Sequence record: DRR723986_1318
Direction: 5' to 3' (one strand)
Length of the DNA: 38,028 nucleotides
Positions 18,299-27,883 of the stretch are shown here, piece by piece (the stretch's first letter is position 1; the number at the start of each line of letters is the position of its first letter). A program made the position numbers and the translations under genes. Below the pieces are notes generated by a model. It was not told the origin of the DNA, searched no databases, and saw only the letters and a list, made by a program, of their open reading frames with translations.

Positions 18299-19462
18299 AT
18301 GAAATTAGATCGTAGTGAAGATCAAACAGCGGTTGCCGATTTGGTGCGCGGTATTTGCGAAGACCACTGTACCACCGACATCGTGAGACAAATGGAAGAC
18401 GATGCAAAAGGCTATCACCAGCCATTTTGGGATGCGCTGCGCGAAACCGGGCTGATGGGCACTTTTGTCTCGGAAGAGTTGGGTGGCACGCCGGTAAGTA
18501 TGCTGGAGAACGCGGCAATGTATGAAGAGTTTGGCCGCGCACTCGCGCCGAGCCCGCACTTTGGTTCCTCGGTATTAGCGGCGTTGGTGCTGGCAGATCA
18601 GGAAGAAATGCCGAGCAGCCAAAGGCTGTTGACGGAAATTGCCTCAGGCGAGCTGATTATTGCTCCCGCCTGGCTAGAAACCGGCGGCGGGTTCGAGCCG
18701 GAAGGTGTGCAGCTGCGAGCCGAAAAAATGGACGATGGTGTCAGGCTGAATGGCTCGAAACGTCATGTCTTTTTCGCCAGTGCGGCGCAAAAATTGTTGG
18801 TGCTGGCGCGCAGCGGAGATGCGCCGGAGGCAATCGATTTATTTTTGGTAGATCGCTCGGCACCGGGAGTGAGCCTGAAGCAAGAGCTCTCGATGGCGTC
18901 AGACACGCAGTATCTTGTGCAGTTCGACAATGTTCACGTCGCTGCAGAGCAGTGTGTGAGCGTAGCGGGTACTGGCTGGGATGTCTGGCACCGGGCAGTG
19001 ATGCAAGGGTTGATTTTGGAGGCGGCGCGTGCCGTTGGTCTTGCTCAACGTGCCTTGGAAATCACCGTTCAGTATGCCCAGGATCGCGAGCAATTCGGCA
19101 AGCCTATCGGCGCCTTTCAGGCGATTGGTCACTACCTGGCGGACTGCTCAACAGAGATCGACGGGGCGCGCCTGCTGGTACAGGAAGCCGCGTGGGCCCA
19201 CGCCAATGGTCAGCCGTATGAAACCCTGGCCGCCGCGGCGAAGTTGTTTGCCTGCAAGGTGGCGCGAGAAGTGACCGCGAAGGCAGAGCAGATCCACGGC
19301 GGTATTGGTTTCACCATGGAGTACGACATTCAGTTGTTCTTCCGTCGCGCGAAACAGCAGCAGTTGAACTGGCTGGATAGCCGCAGGCTGGAAGACATCG
19401 TCGCCGCGGCGGTACTGGATAGCGATGACCTGATTGCCGTGGCTGACCCCTTCGCCGCCTGA
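18299..19462 (+). CDS. Acyl-CoA dehydrogenase, non-catalytic subunit (ChsE1/ChsE5-like)
   Basis: EEFGRALAPSP, REQFGKPIGAFQAIGH and QIHGGIGFTMEYDIQLFFRRAK; lacks the SEPxAGSD motif. Confidence 0.9.
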   Translation: MKLDRSEDQTAVADLVRGICEDHCTTDIVRQMEDDAKGYHQPFWDALRETGLMGTFVSEELGGTPVSMLENAAMYEEFGRALAPSPHFGSSVLAALVLADQEEMPSSQRLLTEIASGELIIAPAWLETGGGFEPEGVQLRAEKMDDGVRLNGSKRHVFFASAAQKLLVLARSGDAPEAIDLFLVDRSAPGVSLKQELSMASDTQYLVQFDNVHVAAEQCVSVAGTGWDVWHRAVMQGLILEAARAVGLAQRALEITVQYAQDREQFGKPIGAFQAIGHYLADCSTEIDGARLLVQEAAWAHANGQPYETLAAAAKLFACKVAREVTAKAEQIHGGIGFTMEYDIQLFFRRAKQQQLNWLDSRRLEDIVAAAVLDSDDLIAVADPFAA

Positions 19463-19491
19463 TAACTAACTGCATCGATACGGGGAATCAT

Positions 19492-20295
19492 ATGAAAGGC
19501 GATACCGTTCACTATGAGAAATCCGGCAAGGTAGCGATTGTCACGCTTAATCGCCCCGAGCATAACAATGCCTTCAACTACACCATGATGCAGGAGCTGG
19601 ATCAGGTGTGGGACGAAATTAAGCAGGACACGTCGGTGGTGTCAGTACTGCTTACCGGGGCGGGCAACAAGGCATTCTGTACGGGTATGGACCTGTCTGA
19701 CGTGTCGCCGGAAAAAATCGACAAGCTGTATTGCACCGGCATGGACGCCTCGCCGCTATTTCGAATAACAGCCATTCAGAAGCAGTGTTGGAAGCCAGTA
19801 GTCACCGCCGTGAATGGCATCGCATGCGGGGGTGGCTTCCACTTCATTGCTGACAGCGACTTGGTGGTGGCCTCCGAACGCGCCACATTTTTTGATCCCC
19901 ACGTAAAGCTCGGCTTGATTGCTGGCCTGGAGCCTGTCGGCTTGGTGCGGCGACTGCCGTTGGAAACGGTATTGCGCTTATCGCTGTTAGGCGGCGCCGA
20001 GCGCATGAGCAGTCAACAGGCATTGGCCTGCGGACTGGTCGGTGAGGTCGTCGCTGACGACGCGCTACAGGAGCGCGGCTTGGAGCTGGCCACAAAAATT
20101 TCGGCGCATTCACCAACCGCCCTTGCCCGTACCAAACAAGCCATCTGGCAGAGCCTGAATGTGGGCTTGGAGCAAGCGCTCTCGGACACCTGGGCGCTGA
20201 TGCTCAGCCACAACGATCACCCGGACTTAGAAGAGGGACGAATGGCGCATTTACAGCGCCGAGCGCCGCAGTGGCATCCCTACAATGAACAGTAA
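19492..20295 (+). CDS. Enoyl-CoA hydratase/isomerase family protein
   Basis: VTLNRPE..NA, AFCTGMDL, KPVVTAVNGIACGGG, FFDPHV..G and EG..A..QRR.P.W. Confidence 0.92.
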   Translation: MKGDTVHYEKSGKVAIVTLNRPEHNNAFNYTMMQELDQVWDEIKQDTSVVSVLLTGAGNKAFCTGMDLSDVSPEKIDKLYCTGMDASPLFRITAIQKQCWKPVVTAVNGIACGGGFHFIADSDLVVASERATFFDPHVKLGLIAGLEPVGLVRRLPLETVLRLSLLGGAERMSSQQALACGLVGEVVADDALQERGLELATKISAHSPTALARTKQAIWQSLNVGLEQALSDTWALMLSHNDHPDLEEGRMAHLQRRAPQWHPYNEQ

Positions 20296-20310
20296 TAGGA
20301 GATAACGATT

Positions 20311-21210
20311 GTGAAACTGCTTGAAGGAAAGGCTGCTGTAGTGACCGGTGGCGCACGCGGAATTGGCAAGGGACATTGCGAACACCTGGTGGCCAATGGG
20401 GCGGCAGTGGTTGTGAATGATATCGACATAGAGGCGGCGCAGGAACTTGCCGACGCGCTGGTTGAGCAGGGCGGAAAGGCGATTGCCAGTGCCGCAGATA
20501 TTGGCACGCGCAGCGGTTGTGAGAGCCTTGTTCAGGCCTGCTGCGATGCTTTCGGGAAGATCGATATCATGATTAACAATGCGGGTGTCGTGCGTGATAA
20601 AACGCTGATCAAGCTTGAAGACGACGACTTTGAGTTGGTGTGGCGTATACACGTTATGGGAACGTTCTGGTGCTCACAGGCGGCCGCTCGCAAGATGATT
20701 GAGCAGGGTGGCGGGGGCGCGATTCTGAATACCACGTCTGGCGCGCAGTTTGGCAACTTTGGCCAAACCAACTACTCAGCAGCCAAAGGCGCGATTGCCT
20801 CGATGACCTATACCTGGGCGTTAGAGTTGGCGCGCAAAGGTATTCGCGTGAACGCCATTGGCCCCTTGGCGACCACCCATATGTCGGCCACCTTCAAAGA
20901 CGCCGACAAGATGCCCTACTTTGATCCCGCCGCGAATGGCCCGATGGTCTGTTGGTTGTGTAGTGACGAAGCCGACAATGTGACCGGTCAGGTTTTCGGT
21001 ACCGGCGGCGAACGAATTTCTCATATGGTGCAGCCGCACTACGGTAAAACCGTTATTCGAGAGGGCGGCTGGGATATCGATAGTATTCGCCAATATTTCC
21101 AAATGCATATCCCCTCTGAGTTCGGCGCCTTTGGCGTGATGGGCAAACCCTACCCCTTTCACCAAGGCGTTAAATCGATAGCGGCTGAAGCAGCCAAGAG
21201 CAAGGGGTAG
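20311..21210 (+). CDS. SDR oxidoreductase, MFE-2/Hsd4A-like 3-hydroxyacyl-CoA dehydrogenase
   Basis: TGGARGIG, VVVND, NNAGVVRD and GNFGQTNYSAAK (YxxxK); RBS AGGAG with GTG start. Confidence 0.9.
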   Translation: MKLLEGKAAVVTGGARGIGKGHCEHLVANGAAVVVNDIDIEAAQELADALVEQGGKAIASAADIGTRSGCESLVQACCDAFGKIDIMINNAGVVRDKTLIKLEDDDFELVWRIHVMGTFWCSQAAARKMIEQGGGGAILNTTSGAQFGNFGQTNYSAAKGAIASMTYTWALELARKGIRVNAIGPLATTHMSATFKDADKMPYFDPAANGPMVCWLCSDEADNVTGQVFGTGGERISHMVQPHYGKTVIREGGWDIDSIRQYFQMHIPSEFGAFGVMGKPYPFHQGVKSIAAEAAKSKG

Positions 21211-21213
21211 GCC

Positions 21214-22656
21214 ATGCAGGTTGGTATTGAAGCGGCCGGTGCATACCTGCCCTATACGCGTCTGCCGTTGGCGGTTATACATGGGCGGGGTGCAAAGTCG
21301 GGCGGGCCAGAGAAAGCCATTGCCTGGTATGACGAAGATGCGATTACCCTGGCGGTCGCCGCCGCACGTAATTGCCTGGCGGGCATAGACCGCCATCGTA
21401 TCGACGGCTTGATTCTAGCCAGTACCAGCCTGCCGTATGCCGAGAAGCAGGGCGCGAGCATTGTTGCGCGCGCATTGGATCTACGCACTGACATCCGCAC
21501 TGCGGATCTCACCGGATCGTTGCGCGCAGGCACAAGCGCTCTGCAACAGGCGTTTGATATGGTGGGCGCCGGCGGCTTGAAGGTAGTGTTAGTCATAGCC
21601 GCGGATTGCCGTATGGCGGCGCCGCGCAGTGCCGCCGAGAATGACGGCGGCGACGGCGCGGCTGCTGTGTTGGTCAGCGCCGAAAACCTGAAGGCTGAGG
21701 GGCTTGGCTTTGCTTCTGTCAGCAACGAAATGATGGATATTTGGCGTCGCCCTGGCGACCGCTTTATCCATAGTTGGGAAGACCGTTTTGTTAAACAGCA
21801 CGGCTATACGGACGTCTCGGTAGCGGCGGTAACGGCGCTTTGTGAACAGCTCAATACCCGCCCCGATGCCTTTGACCGTTGTTGTTTGTACGCCCCGGAT
21901 GCGCGCAGCCACGCCGGTATGGCGGCAAAGCTCTCTGTGGCTAAAGACAAACTTCAGCCAGCCTGGTTTGGAAAGCTGGGTAACACCGGTGCGAGTTTTT
22001 CTTTGATCCAACTGGTCGCCGCGATGGAATCCGCTGATATAGGCGATCGCCTGATGGTGACAAGCTATGGTGACGGCGCCGACGCGATGGCGCTGTGCGT
22101 GTTGGCACATGCCGCGCCACACCAGAGCACCGATGAACTGCTGGCGAGGCGTCGAACCATTAAGCACTACGACAGCTACCTCTCGGCGCGGGGCATGACC
22201 ACCAGTGAATATCCCGAGGCTGATGACCAAGGAATTTCCGCCACGGTGCAGTATCGCAATCGCGATGAAAACCTTTCTCTCGCCGGCCAGGTGTGCAGCG
22301 GCTGTGGAACCCACCAGTTCCCGAAAGGGCGAGTGTGCGGTCACTGCGGCAGCCTCGATCAGTGGCAGCCTGCACGTTATGCCGATGATCGGGCTCGGTT
22401 ACTGACCTACACCCGCGATGCGTTTTATCCCGCGCCGGAGCCTCCCACCCTTGCAGGTATCGTCGAAGTAGAACGGGCCGATGGTTCGCCGGGGCCGCGT
22501 TTTCACATGCAGGTGACCGAGTGTGCCAGTGAAACCTTGCATTGTGGGATGTCGCTGCAATTTGTATTTCGCTGCATTCACAAGGTGGGCCAGCGGCCCA
22601 ACTATTTCTGGAAGTGTATTCCTAACACGCAAGCTGTAAACACTGACGAGGGCTGA
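21214..22656 (+). CDS. HMG-CoA-synthase/KAS III-fold protein (catalytic residues absent) fused to a C-terminal DUF35 Zn-ribbon/OB-fold
   Basis: GIEAAGAYLP..R, DEDAITLA, ASTS.PY.EKQ, GDGAAA, GNTG and SYGDGA; Ser102 in place of the catalytic Cys; CSGC-x10-CGHC followed by an OB-fold ending YFWK. Confidence 0.88.
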   Translation: MQVGIEAAGAYLPYTRLPLAVIHGRGAKSGGPEKAIAWYDEDAITLAVAAARNCLAGIDRHRIDGLILASTSLPYAEKQGASIVARALDLRTDIRTADLTGSLRAGTSALQQAFDMVGAGGLKVVLVIAADCRMAAPRSAAENDGGDGAAAVLVSAENLKAEGLGFASVSNEMMDIWRRPGDRFIHSWEDRFVKQHGYTDVSVAAVTALCEQLNTRPDAFDRCCLYAPDARSHAGMAAKLSVAKDKLQPAWFGKLGNTGASFSLIQLVAAMESADIGDRLMVTSYGDGADAMALCVLAHAAPHQSTDELLARRRTIKHYDSYLSARGMTTSEYPEADDQGISATVQYRNRDENLSLAGQVCSGCGTHQFPKGRVCGHCGSLDQWQPARYADDRARLLTYTRDAFYPAPEPPTLAGIVEVERADGSPGPRFHMQVTECASETLHCGMSLQFVFRCIHKVGQRPNYFWKCIPNTQAVNTDEG

Positions 22657-22658
22657 AC

Positions 22659-23810
22659 ATGAGTTTGAAAAACAAGGCCGCAATTGTGGGTGTTGGGTGC
22701 TGCAAATTCGGTGAAAACTGGGATCGCAGCGAAGAAGATATGATTGTTGATGCGGCCTACGAGGCCTATGCCGATGCCGGTATTGACGACCCAAACAAGC
22801 AAATAGACGCCATTTACTGCGGTTCCCTCTACAGTAAGAACGGCCCGGTTGAAGTCTCTGAGTCGTTGAAGTTATACAAACCACTCACCTCGGTACTTAA
22901 TTACTGCGCCACCGGAACCGAGGCGGTGCGCGCGGCAGCGATGTCAATTGCGGCGGGCGTATATGAGACCGTGCTCGTGGTCGGCTATGACAAGCCAAAG
23001 GACCGCGGCGTCTCTGGTCCGTCAGTGAATATTCGGGATGTACGCAGCTTGCCGGCAACGCCCGCGGGTTGGTTTGCCGTGTGTGCCCAGCCTTATTTTG
23101 AGCGCTATGGTGCGAGCCGAGAACACCTGGCGCGGATCGCGGTAAAGAATCATCACAATGGTTCGCTGGCGCCGAAGTCCTTCTTGAAAAAGCGCATTAC
23201 CGTAGAAGAAGCCCTCAACGGCAGGATGATCTCCTGGCCCTTTGGCTTGTATGACTGTGCGGCACAAACGGACGGCTGTGCGGTTCTCGTACTGACGCGC
23301 GCTGACAAAGCGCGCAATTTTCGCGATGACCCTGTGTACATCAAGGGCATTGGCAGCGGCTGTGCACCGGATCCTAACAGCGATCCGGATTTTGATTTTT
23401 GCCGGTGGAAAGCCACGGAAAATGCCTCGAAGGAAGCGTACGCGATGGCGGGCATCGATGATCCGGCCAAGCAGATTGATATTGCTCAGGTACACGACTG
23501 CTTCACGTTAACCGAGCTGCTCAGCTATGAAGACCTCGGCTTCATCGAAAAGGGCAGTGCCAAGGAATATATAGAGAGTGACTACTTTGCGCTAGACGGT
23601 GAATTACCGGTCAATACCGACGGCGGCTTGAAAGCTTTTGGTCACCCAACAGGGGCGAGTGGGGTGCGAATGATTGTGGAGAATGTACTGCAGTTGCAAG
23701 GCCGGGCGGGTGAGCGCAGTACCCGTAAGCGACCGACAACTGCCTTGTCACACAATATCGGCGGCTTCCCTACTGGCTGCGCAGTATCCGTCATCGGAAT
23801 CGAATACTGA
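22659..23810 (+). CDS. SCP2/archaeal-type thiolase (acetyl-CoA acyltransferase)
   Basis: NYCATG (Cys83), KNHHNG, VHDCF, NTDGGLKAFGHPTGASG and HNIGG. Confidence 0.92.
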   Translation: MSLKNKAAIVGVGCCKFGENWDRSEEDMIVDAAYEAYADAGIDDPNKQIDAIYCGSLYSKNGPVEVSESLKLYKPLTSVLNYCATGTEAVRAAAMSIAAGVYETVLVVGYDKPKDRGVSGPSVNIRDVRSLPATPAGWFAVCAQPYFERYGASREHLARIAVKNHHNGSLAPKSFLKKRITVEEALNGRMISWPFGLYDCAAQTDGCAVLVLTRADKARNFRDDPVYIKGIGSGCAPDPNSDPDFDFCRWKATENASKEAYAMAGIDDPAKQIDIAQVHDCFTLTELLSYEDLGFIEKGSAKEYIESDYFALDGELPVNTDGGLKAFGHPTGASGVRMIVENVLQLQGRAGERSTRKRPTTALSHNIGGFPTGCAVSVIGIEY

Positions 23811-23849
23811 GTCAGGCTTAAACAGTGTAACCGTGCCAAAGGATCTGAT

Positions 23850-25178
23850 ATGACCGCTGTAAACAATACTCCCTACCCGCGTCCGCTCGTTGCAAATTAT
23901 GTACTGGGCATTTTGGTGGTTGCCTATATTCTCTCTTTCGTGGATCGGAATATTCTCTCGTTAATGGTGGGGCCGATCCGCGAGGAGTTTGGTCTCAGCG
24001 ACTTTCAGTTCAGTATCTTGCATGGTTGGTCGTTTACGTTGTTTTACGTTGTGCTCGGGCTGCCGATCGCGTGGCTGGCAGACCGCTACTCCCGTATCCG
24101 CATTATCGCTACCGGCATCACCTTATGGAGCCTGATGACTGGGCTGTGTGGATTGGCAAAAAGCTTTCCTGCACTGTTCGCCGCGCGTGTGGGTGTTGGG
24201 GTGGGTGAGGCGGCATTGTCGCCAGCGGCATACTCGCTACTGGCAGATTACTTCCCGCCACGCCGGTTAAAATATGCCACAGCCATTTACGCGTCTGGTA
24301 TCGCGATTGGTAGCGGCGGCTCGTTTATTTTAGGGGGGTGGCTGTTCGAGCAGTATGTGGCAATGGGCGGTTTGGACATTCCCGCACTGGGTTTGCACAT
24401 CAAGCCCTGGCAACTCACCTTTATCACTGTTGGCCTACCGGGTTTTCTGGTCGCCTTGCTACTGCTTCTGGTAAAAGAGCCGACACGGCAGAAGACTGCG
24501 CTTGACGGCGACGAAGCGGCGCCGGTTAAAGAAATTATCCAGTATCTAAAGAAGCATCGCCGTGCCTATATCGGTGTGATTCTTGGCATGTCCACAATGT
24601 CAGTTATCGGCTACGGCATGTTGGTGTGGTTACCTGAATTTATGCTGCGTACCTACGGTATGCAGAAAGCCGAGAGCGGCGCATGGCTGGGGCTGATATT
24701 TATCGGTGCCGGCACCCTGGGAACACTCTCCGGCGCCCCGATGGCCGACTGGCTGGAACGGCGTGGTTATCGTGATGCCAACCTGCGGTTTGTGGCGCTG
24801 GTTGCGGCGGTGCTTGCCGTGCCAGCGACACTTGCGCCGCTGATGCCGACGGCCGCGGGTGCGTTGTTGTTATACGCGGTTGCGCAGTTTTTGCAGTTTG
24901 CTCACGCCGGGGTGGGGCTGGCGGCGCTTCAGTTGATCACCCCAAGTCTCATGCGGGCTCAGGTATCGGCGCTGTTCGTTTTTTCTACGAATCTGTTTGG
25001 GCTGGCACTGGGTGGCACCTGTATCGCGTTTTTCACTGATTTTGTATTCGGTGCCGACAGTGCTCTGAATTATTCAATGGCGCTGACGGCGGCGATCTTC
25101 TATCCGCTCACCGCGATTATCGTCGCCTCGGGGTTGCGAGCTTACACTGAGGCGCAGCGAGCGATAGTGGGTGACTGA
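23850..25178 (+). CDS. MFS transporter, spinster-like
   Basis: SFVDRNILS, LADRYSR, RVGVGVGEAALSPAAYSLLADYFP and KEP.R. Confidence 0.93.
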   Translation: MTAVNNTPYPRPLVANYVLGILVVAYILSFVDRNILSLMVGPIREEFGLSDFQFSILHGWSFTLFYVVLGLPIAWLADRYSRIRIIATGITLWSLMTGLCGLAKSFPALFAARVGVGVGEAALSPAAYSLLADYFPPRRLKYATAIYASGIAIGSGGSFILGGWLFEQYVAMGGLDIPALGLHIKPWQLTFITVGLPGFLVALLLLLVKEPTRQKTALDGDEAAPVKEIIQYLKKHRRAYIGVILGMSTMSVIGYGMLVWLPEFMLRTYGMQKAESGAWLGLIFIGAGTLGTLSGAPMADWLERRGYRDANLRFVALVAAVLAVPATLAPLMPTAAGALLLYAVAQFLQFAHAGVGLAALQLITPSLMRAQVSALFVFSTNLFGLALGGTCIAFFTDFVFGADSALNYSMALTAAIFYPLTAIIVASGLRAYTEAQRAIVGD

Positions 25179-25294
25179 GCATTCACCGGTGAGGTGAGTG
25201 AGGGAATGTGTCGACGTGGTCTAACTAGTGCTTGGCTTGCGAAATGTTGTTTTCTTCAGCAAGCCGTTTCACGGAGAGACGCTATCAGAACCCG

Positions 25295-27883
25295 CTAGTA
25301 AAACTCGCGGCGGAATTCCAGTCCCCAGGCTCGTGGCGCTCCCGGTGTAATGATCTTATTACCCAGGGTTTCTGCCGTCGCCGAGCCGCCTTCAGGGTAG
25401 ACCTCGTCGGTAACATTGCGCAGATAGGCAGTCACCGTTGTGCTTCCTTGTGGTGATCGCCACATCAACCTTGCGTTTACGGTGACAAAGGCCGGCGTGC
25501 CCGCCAGTTCTTTGTCACGTTGATAGGCAAGCCAGGCCTTGTTGTCGATACCGTAGTAAATATCGCTCTTATAATTCAGATCAAACCGTGGCGTTAAGGT
25601 GCCGAAGCCGGTTTCGAAGTCGTATTGTGCGCCCAGAAAAAATGTCGTTTCCGGCACAACGGGGAAGGACTCGTCGGTTCGGTCTATTTCGACTTTCTCG
25701 CCGGTTACCGCCAGCGCCAGCAAATCGCGGTCGCTGAATTGGGTGAAATCATAGGCGTTATAACTGAACGCGGCGTTGATCATCATGCCGGGCAGTGGCA
25801 GCCAGGTGGCTTCAAGCTCTACCCCCTCGATGGTGGCGGCACCGGCGTTATCCATGGTGACCGCCAGATTGTTCTCACTATCGGTATCAACCTGTATCAG
25901 CTGAATATTGTCGTAGCGCATCTGGTAGAGCGCGCCATTGACGCGAACGCTGCGCTCGAAGGCATCAATTTTGAAACCGAGCTCTATATTCTCGACGCGC
26001 TCCGGTTTGATAAATACCAGTCCGTCGGCGCCGCGAGGCTCGAAAAAGCCAGACTTAAAACCATTGCTCCAGGTGCCGTAGACCATGGCAGAGTTGATCC
26101 AGCTGTCATCGAGCCATGCCTCCGGCAGCACATAGGCCAGCGAGGTCATGGGCGATGTTTCGTAAAAGGTAATGCCGGCGCTCTGCCGCGTTGCCGCTGC
26201 ATGATCAAGCGGGAAATCCGGAACGCCGTCGCTATCATTGTCTGGGAAAAGGTCCATGGCAATTTGTACAGGATCCAGCGCCCACGGGCCCAGAAAGGGA
26301 TGAAGGCCATCAGTAACACCGGGCACCGCAGGGCCAAATAAAGGGTGTGCGGATATGACCGCGCTAATGGCTGCCATATCGGCACCGGTGTATACCAGGT
26401 CTGTCGCTCTCTCTTCTTCGGTATAACGAATTCCCAGCGTCCACTGCAGATTATTCGTGAAGTCGTAAGAGCCCTGGAAATAGGCGCCTCTTGCTTCGTT
26501 ATTGAGCTGAAACTGTGACAGCGCAACCGGGCCCGCCAGCGCACCAACTACCGGCAAGGTTCCAATGAGAGGGGGAGCGTCCGGGTACTGGCCTAGCCCC
26601 AGTTGTGCCAGTACCAAGGCGTCAAACCCGAGCAGGCTGGTGAAGGTCATTAGTGAATCGGTGATGCTTTCCTTTAGCCAGTACAGCCCGGTGGTGTAAT
26701 TGAGGTGGCTGTCCAGGGCTGAGCCATTAAACTGCAATTCCGCACTGTAGGTTCGACGGTCGCTGTCATCGACGGAAGACGTTTCAAGGAAATCGGCCGG
26801 ACCGCCATCGGAGTCGCTCACCTGGTTGGGCTTTTCCACGGCGTCTTGTATACCCAGAATCAGCTTGAGGCCATAGTCGTCGGTTATCGCCCACGCCGTT
26901 GAATTACCGAGGGTGAGGCCTTGGTATTCGTAGTCAGCCTGAGGGTTTTTGCCGAGAGACAGCTCGCCCTTCTCTATTAAGCTTGGTGGATTTTTTTCAC
27001 AATTTTCACGAAACGCCGACAGGTCACCAGGGTTGGTATCTCCTGGCCAGGCAACTTGCAGTCCCTTTACGAGTAGCGCATTTTCATCAATCATCTCGCA
27101 ACTTCGGCCAGGGCGTTTTTCATCAATCTTGCCGTAGTAGAGAAACGAGTCGTTGGTGATCGATTCGCTGGCGTCCCACTGCAGTTGGGCGATGAAGGAC
27201 TGACGGTTATTGGAGGAAAAATGTTCGCCGGTGGCCTTGTCTTCCAGAAAGCCCTCATCGTTGATGCCGGCCAGAACCCAGCTTGCGCGTAAAGTATCGT
27301 TAAGGGGGAGGGAGAATCCCACTTTACCCTGCAATAATTCGAAGCTGCCGATTCCGCCCTCGATAAAGCCAGAACGTTCCTCCGCCGGTTCCTGCAGGGT
27401 GAGTAGCATTGCACCGCCGGTGGTATTCTTGCCAAACAGCGACCCCTGAGGACCGCGCAAAACCTGCACTGCTTTCAGATTTACCGTGTCAAATAGCTGC
27501 CCATCGACTCTGGGTATATAGAGGCCGTTGAGATAAACACCGACGCCGGGATCAACGCGGCTGAACCCGGTGCGTTCTCCAATGCCGCGAATGAATATCT
27601 GCGTCGTGGAGGCCTTGCCGATCTGCAGGCTTGGCACCGAGCGTGTGAGATCCGCGGTTGTCGTAAGGCCTTGCTCGCGCATGTCTTCGCCACTAATCGC
27701 CGATACGGCGACTGGGGTCTCCTGAAGGTTTTCCGAGCGGCGACGTGCGGTCACCACTACTTCCTCAAGTACGGCGCGTTTTCCGGTGGTGTTTGCGAAG
27801 CTTTCGGGCACGCCGGCTATGGTGACTCCGGCTAGCGTTGGTATGAGTACTCTCAGTGTTGCTTGTCTTTTTATTATTGTCAT
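25295..27883 (-). CDS. TonB-dependent outer-membrane receptor (paralog of the receptor at 2..2164)
   Basis: Signal peptide from MTIIKR, TonB box LEEVVVTARRRSENLQETP, VLRGPQGSLFGKNTTGGA and C-terminal EFRREFY; start set at ATG 27883. Confidence 0.95.
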   Translation of the reverse strand: MTIIKRQATLRVLIPTLAGVTIAGVPESFANTTGKRAVLEEVVVTARRRSENLQETPVAVSAISGEDMREQGLTTTADLTRSVPSLQIGKASTTQIFIRGIGERTGFSRVDPGVGVYLNGLYIPRVDGQLFDTVNLKAVQVLRGPQGSLFGKNTTGGAMLLTLQEPAEERSGFIEGGIGSFELLQGKVGFSLPLNDTLRASWVLAGINDEGFLEDKATGEHFSSNNRQSFIAQLQWDASESITNDSFLYYGKIDEKRPGRSCEMIDENALLVKGLQVAWPGDTNPGDLSAFRENCEKNPPSLIEKGELSLGKNPQADYEYQGLTLGNSTAWAITDDYGLKLILGIQDAVEKPNQVSDSDGGPADFLETSSVDDSDRRTYSAELQFNGSALDSHLNYTTGLYWLKESITDSLMTFTSLLGFDALVLAQLGLGQYPDAPPLIGTLPVVGALAGPVALSQFQLNNEARGAYFQGSYDFTNNLQWTLGIRYTEEERATDLVYTGADMAAISAVISAHPLFGPAVPGVTDGLHPFLGPWALDPVQIAMDLFPDNDSDGVPDFPLDHAAATRQSAGITFYETSPMTSLAYVLPEAWLDDSWINSAMVYGTWSNGFKSGFFEPRGADGLVFIKPERVENIELGFKIDAFERSVRVNGALYQMRYDNIQLIQVDTDSENNLAVTMDNAGAATIEGVELEATWLPLPGMMINAAFSYNAYDFTQFSDRDLLALAVTGEKVEIDRTDESFPVVPETTFFLGAQYDFETGFGTLTPRFDLNYKSDIYYGIDNKAWLAYQRDKELAGTPAFVTVNARLMWRSPQGSTTVTAYLRNVTDEVYPEGGSATAETLGNKIITPGAPRAWGLEFRREFY

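Noticed and set aside
21589-22344. 251-aa minus-strand ORF
   Set aside because: Lies entirely antisense to the HMGCS-DUF35 gene and has no recognisable motif
21214-23810. Mevalonate pathway or DAPG biosynthesis assignment
   Set aside because: The HMGCS catalytic residues are absent, there is no HMG-CoA reductase or type III PKS (phlD) in the window, and the context is degradative
25234-25270. GGCTTGC/GCAAGCC stem between the convergent MFS and TBDR genes
   Set aside because: Long irregular loop and no convincing U-tract; too weak to call a terminator
25625-26341. 238-aa plus-strand ORF
   Set aside because: Antisense shadow of the TonB receptor; its similarity to the 1319..1600 ORF only reflects the paralogy of the two receptors
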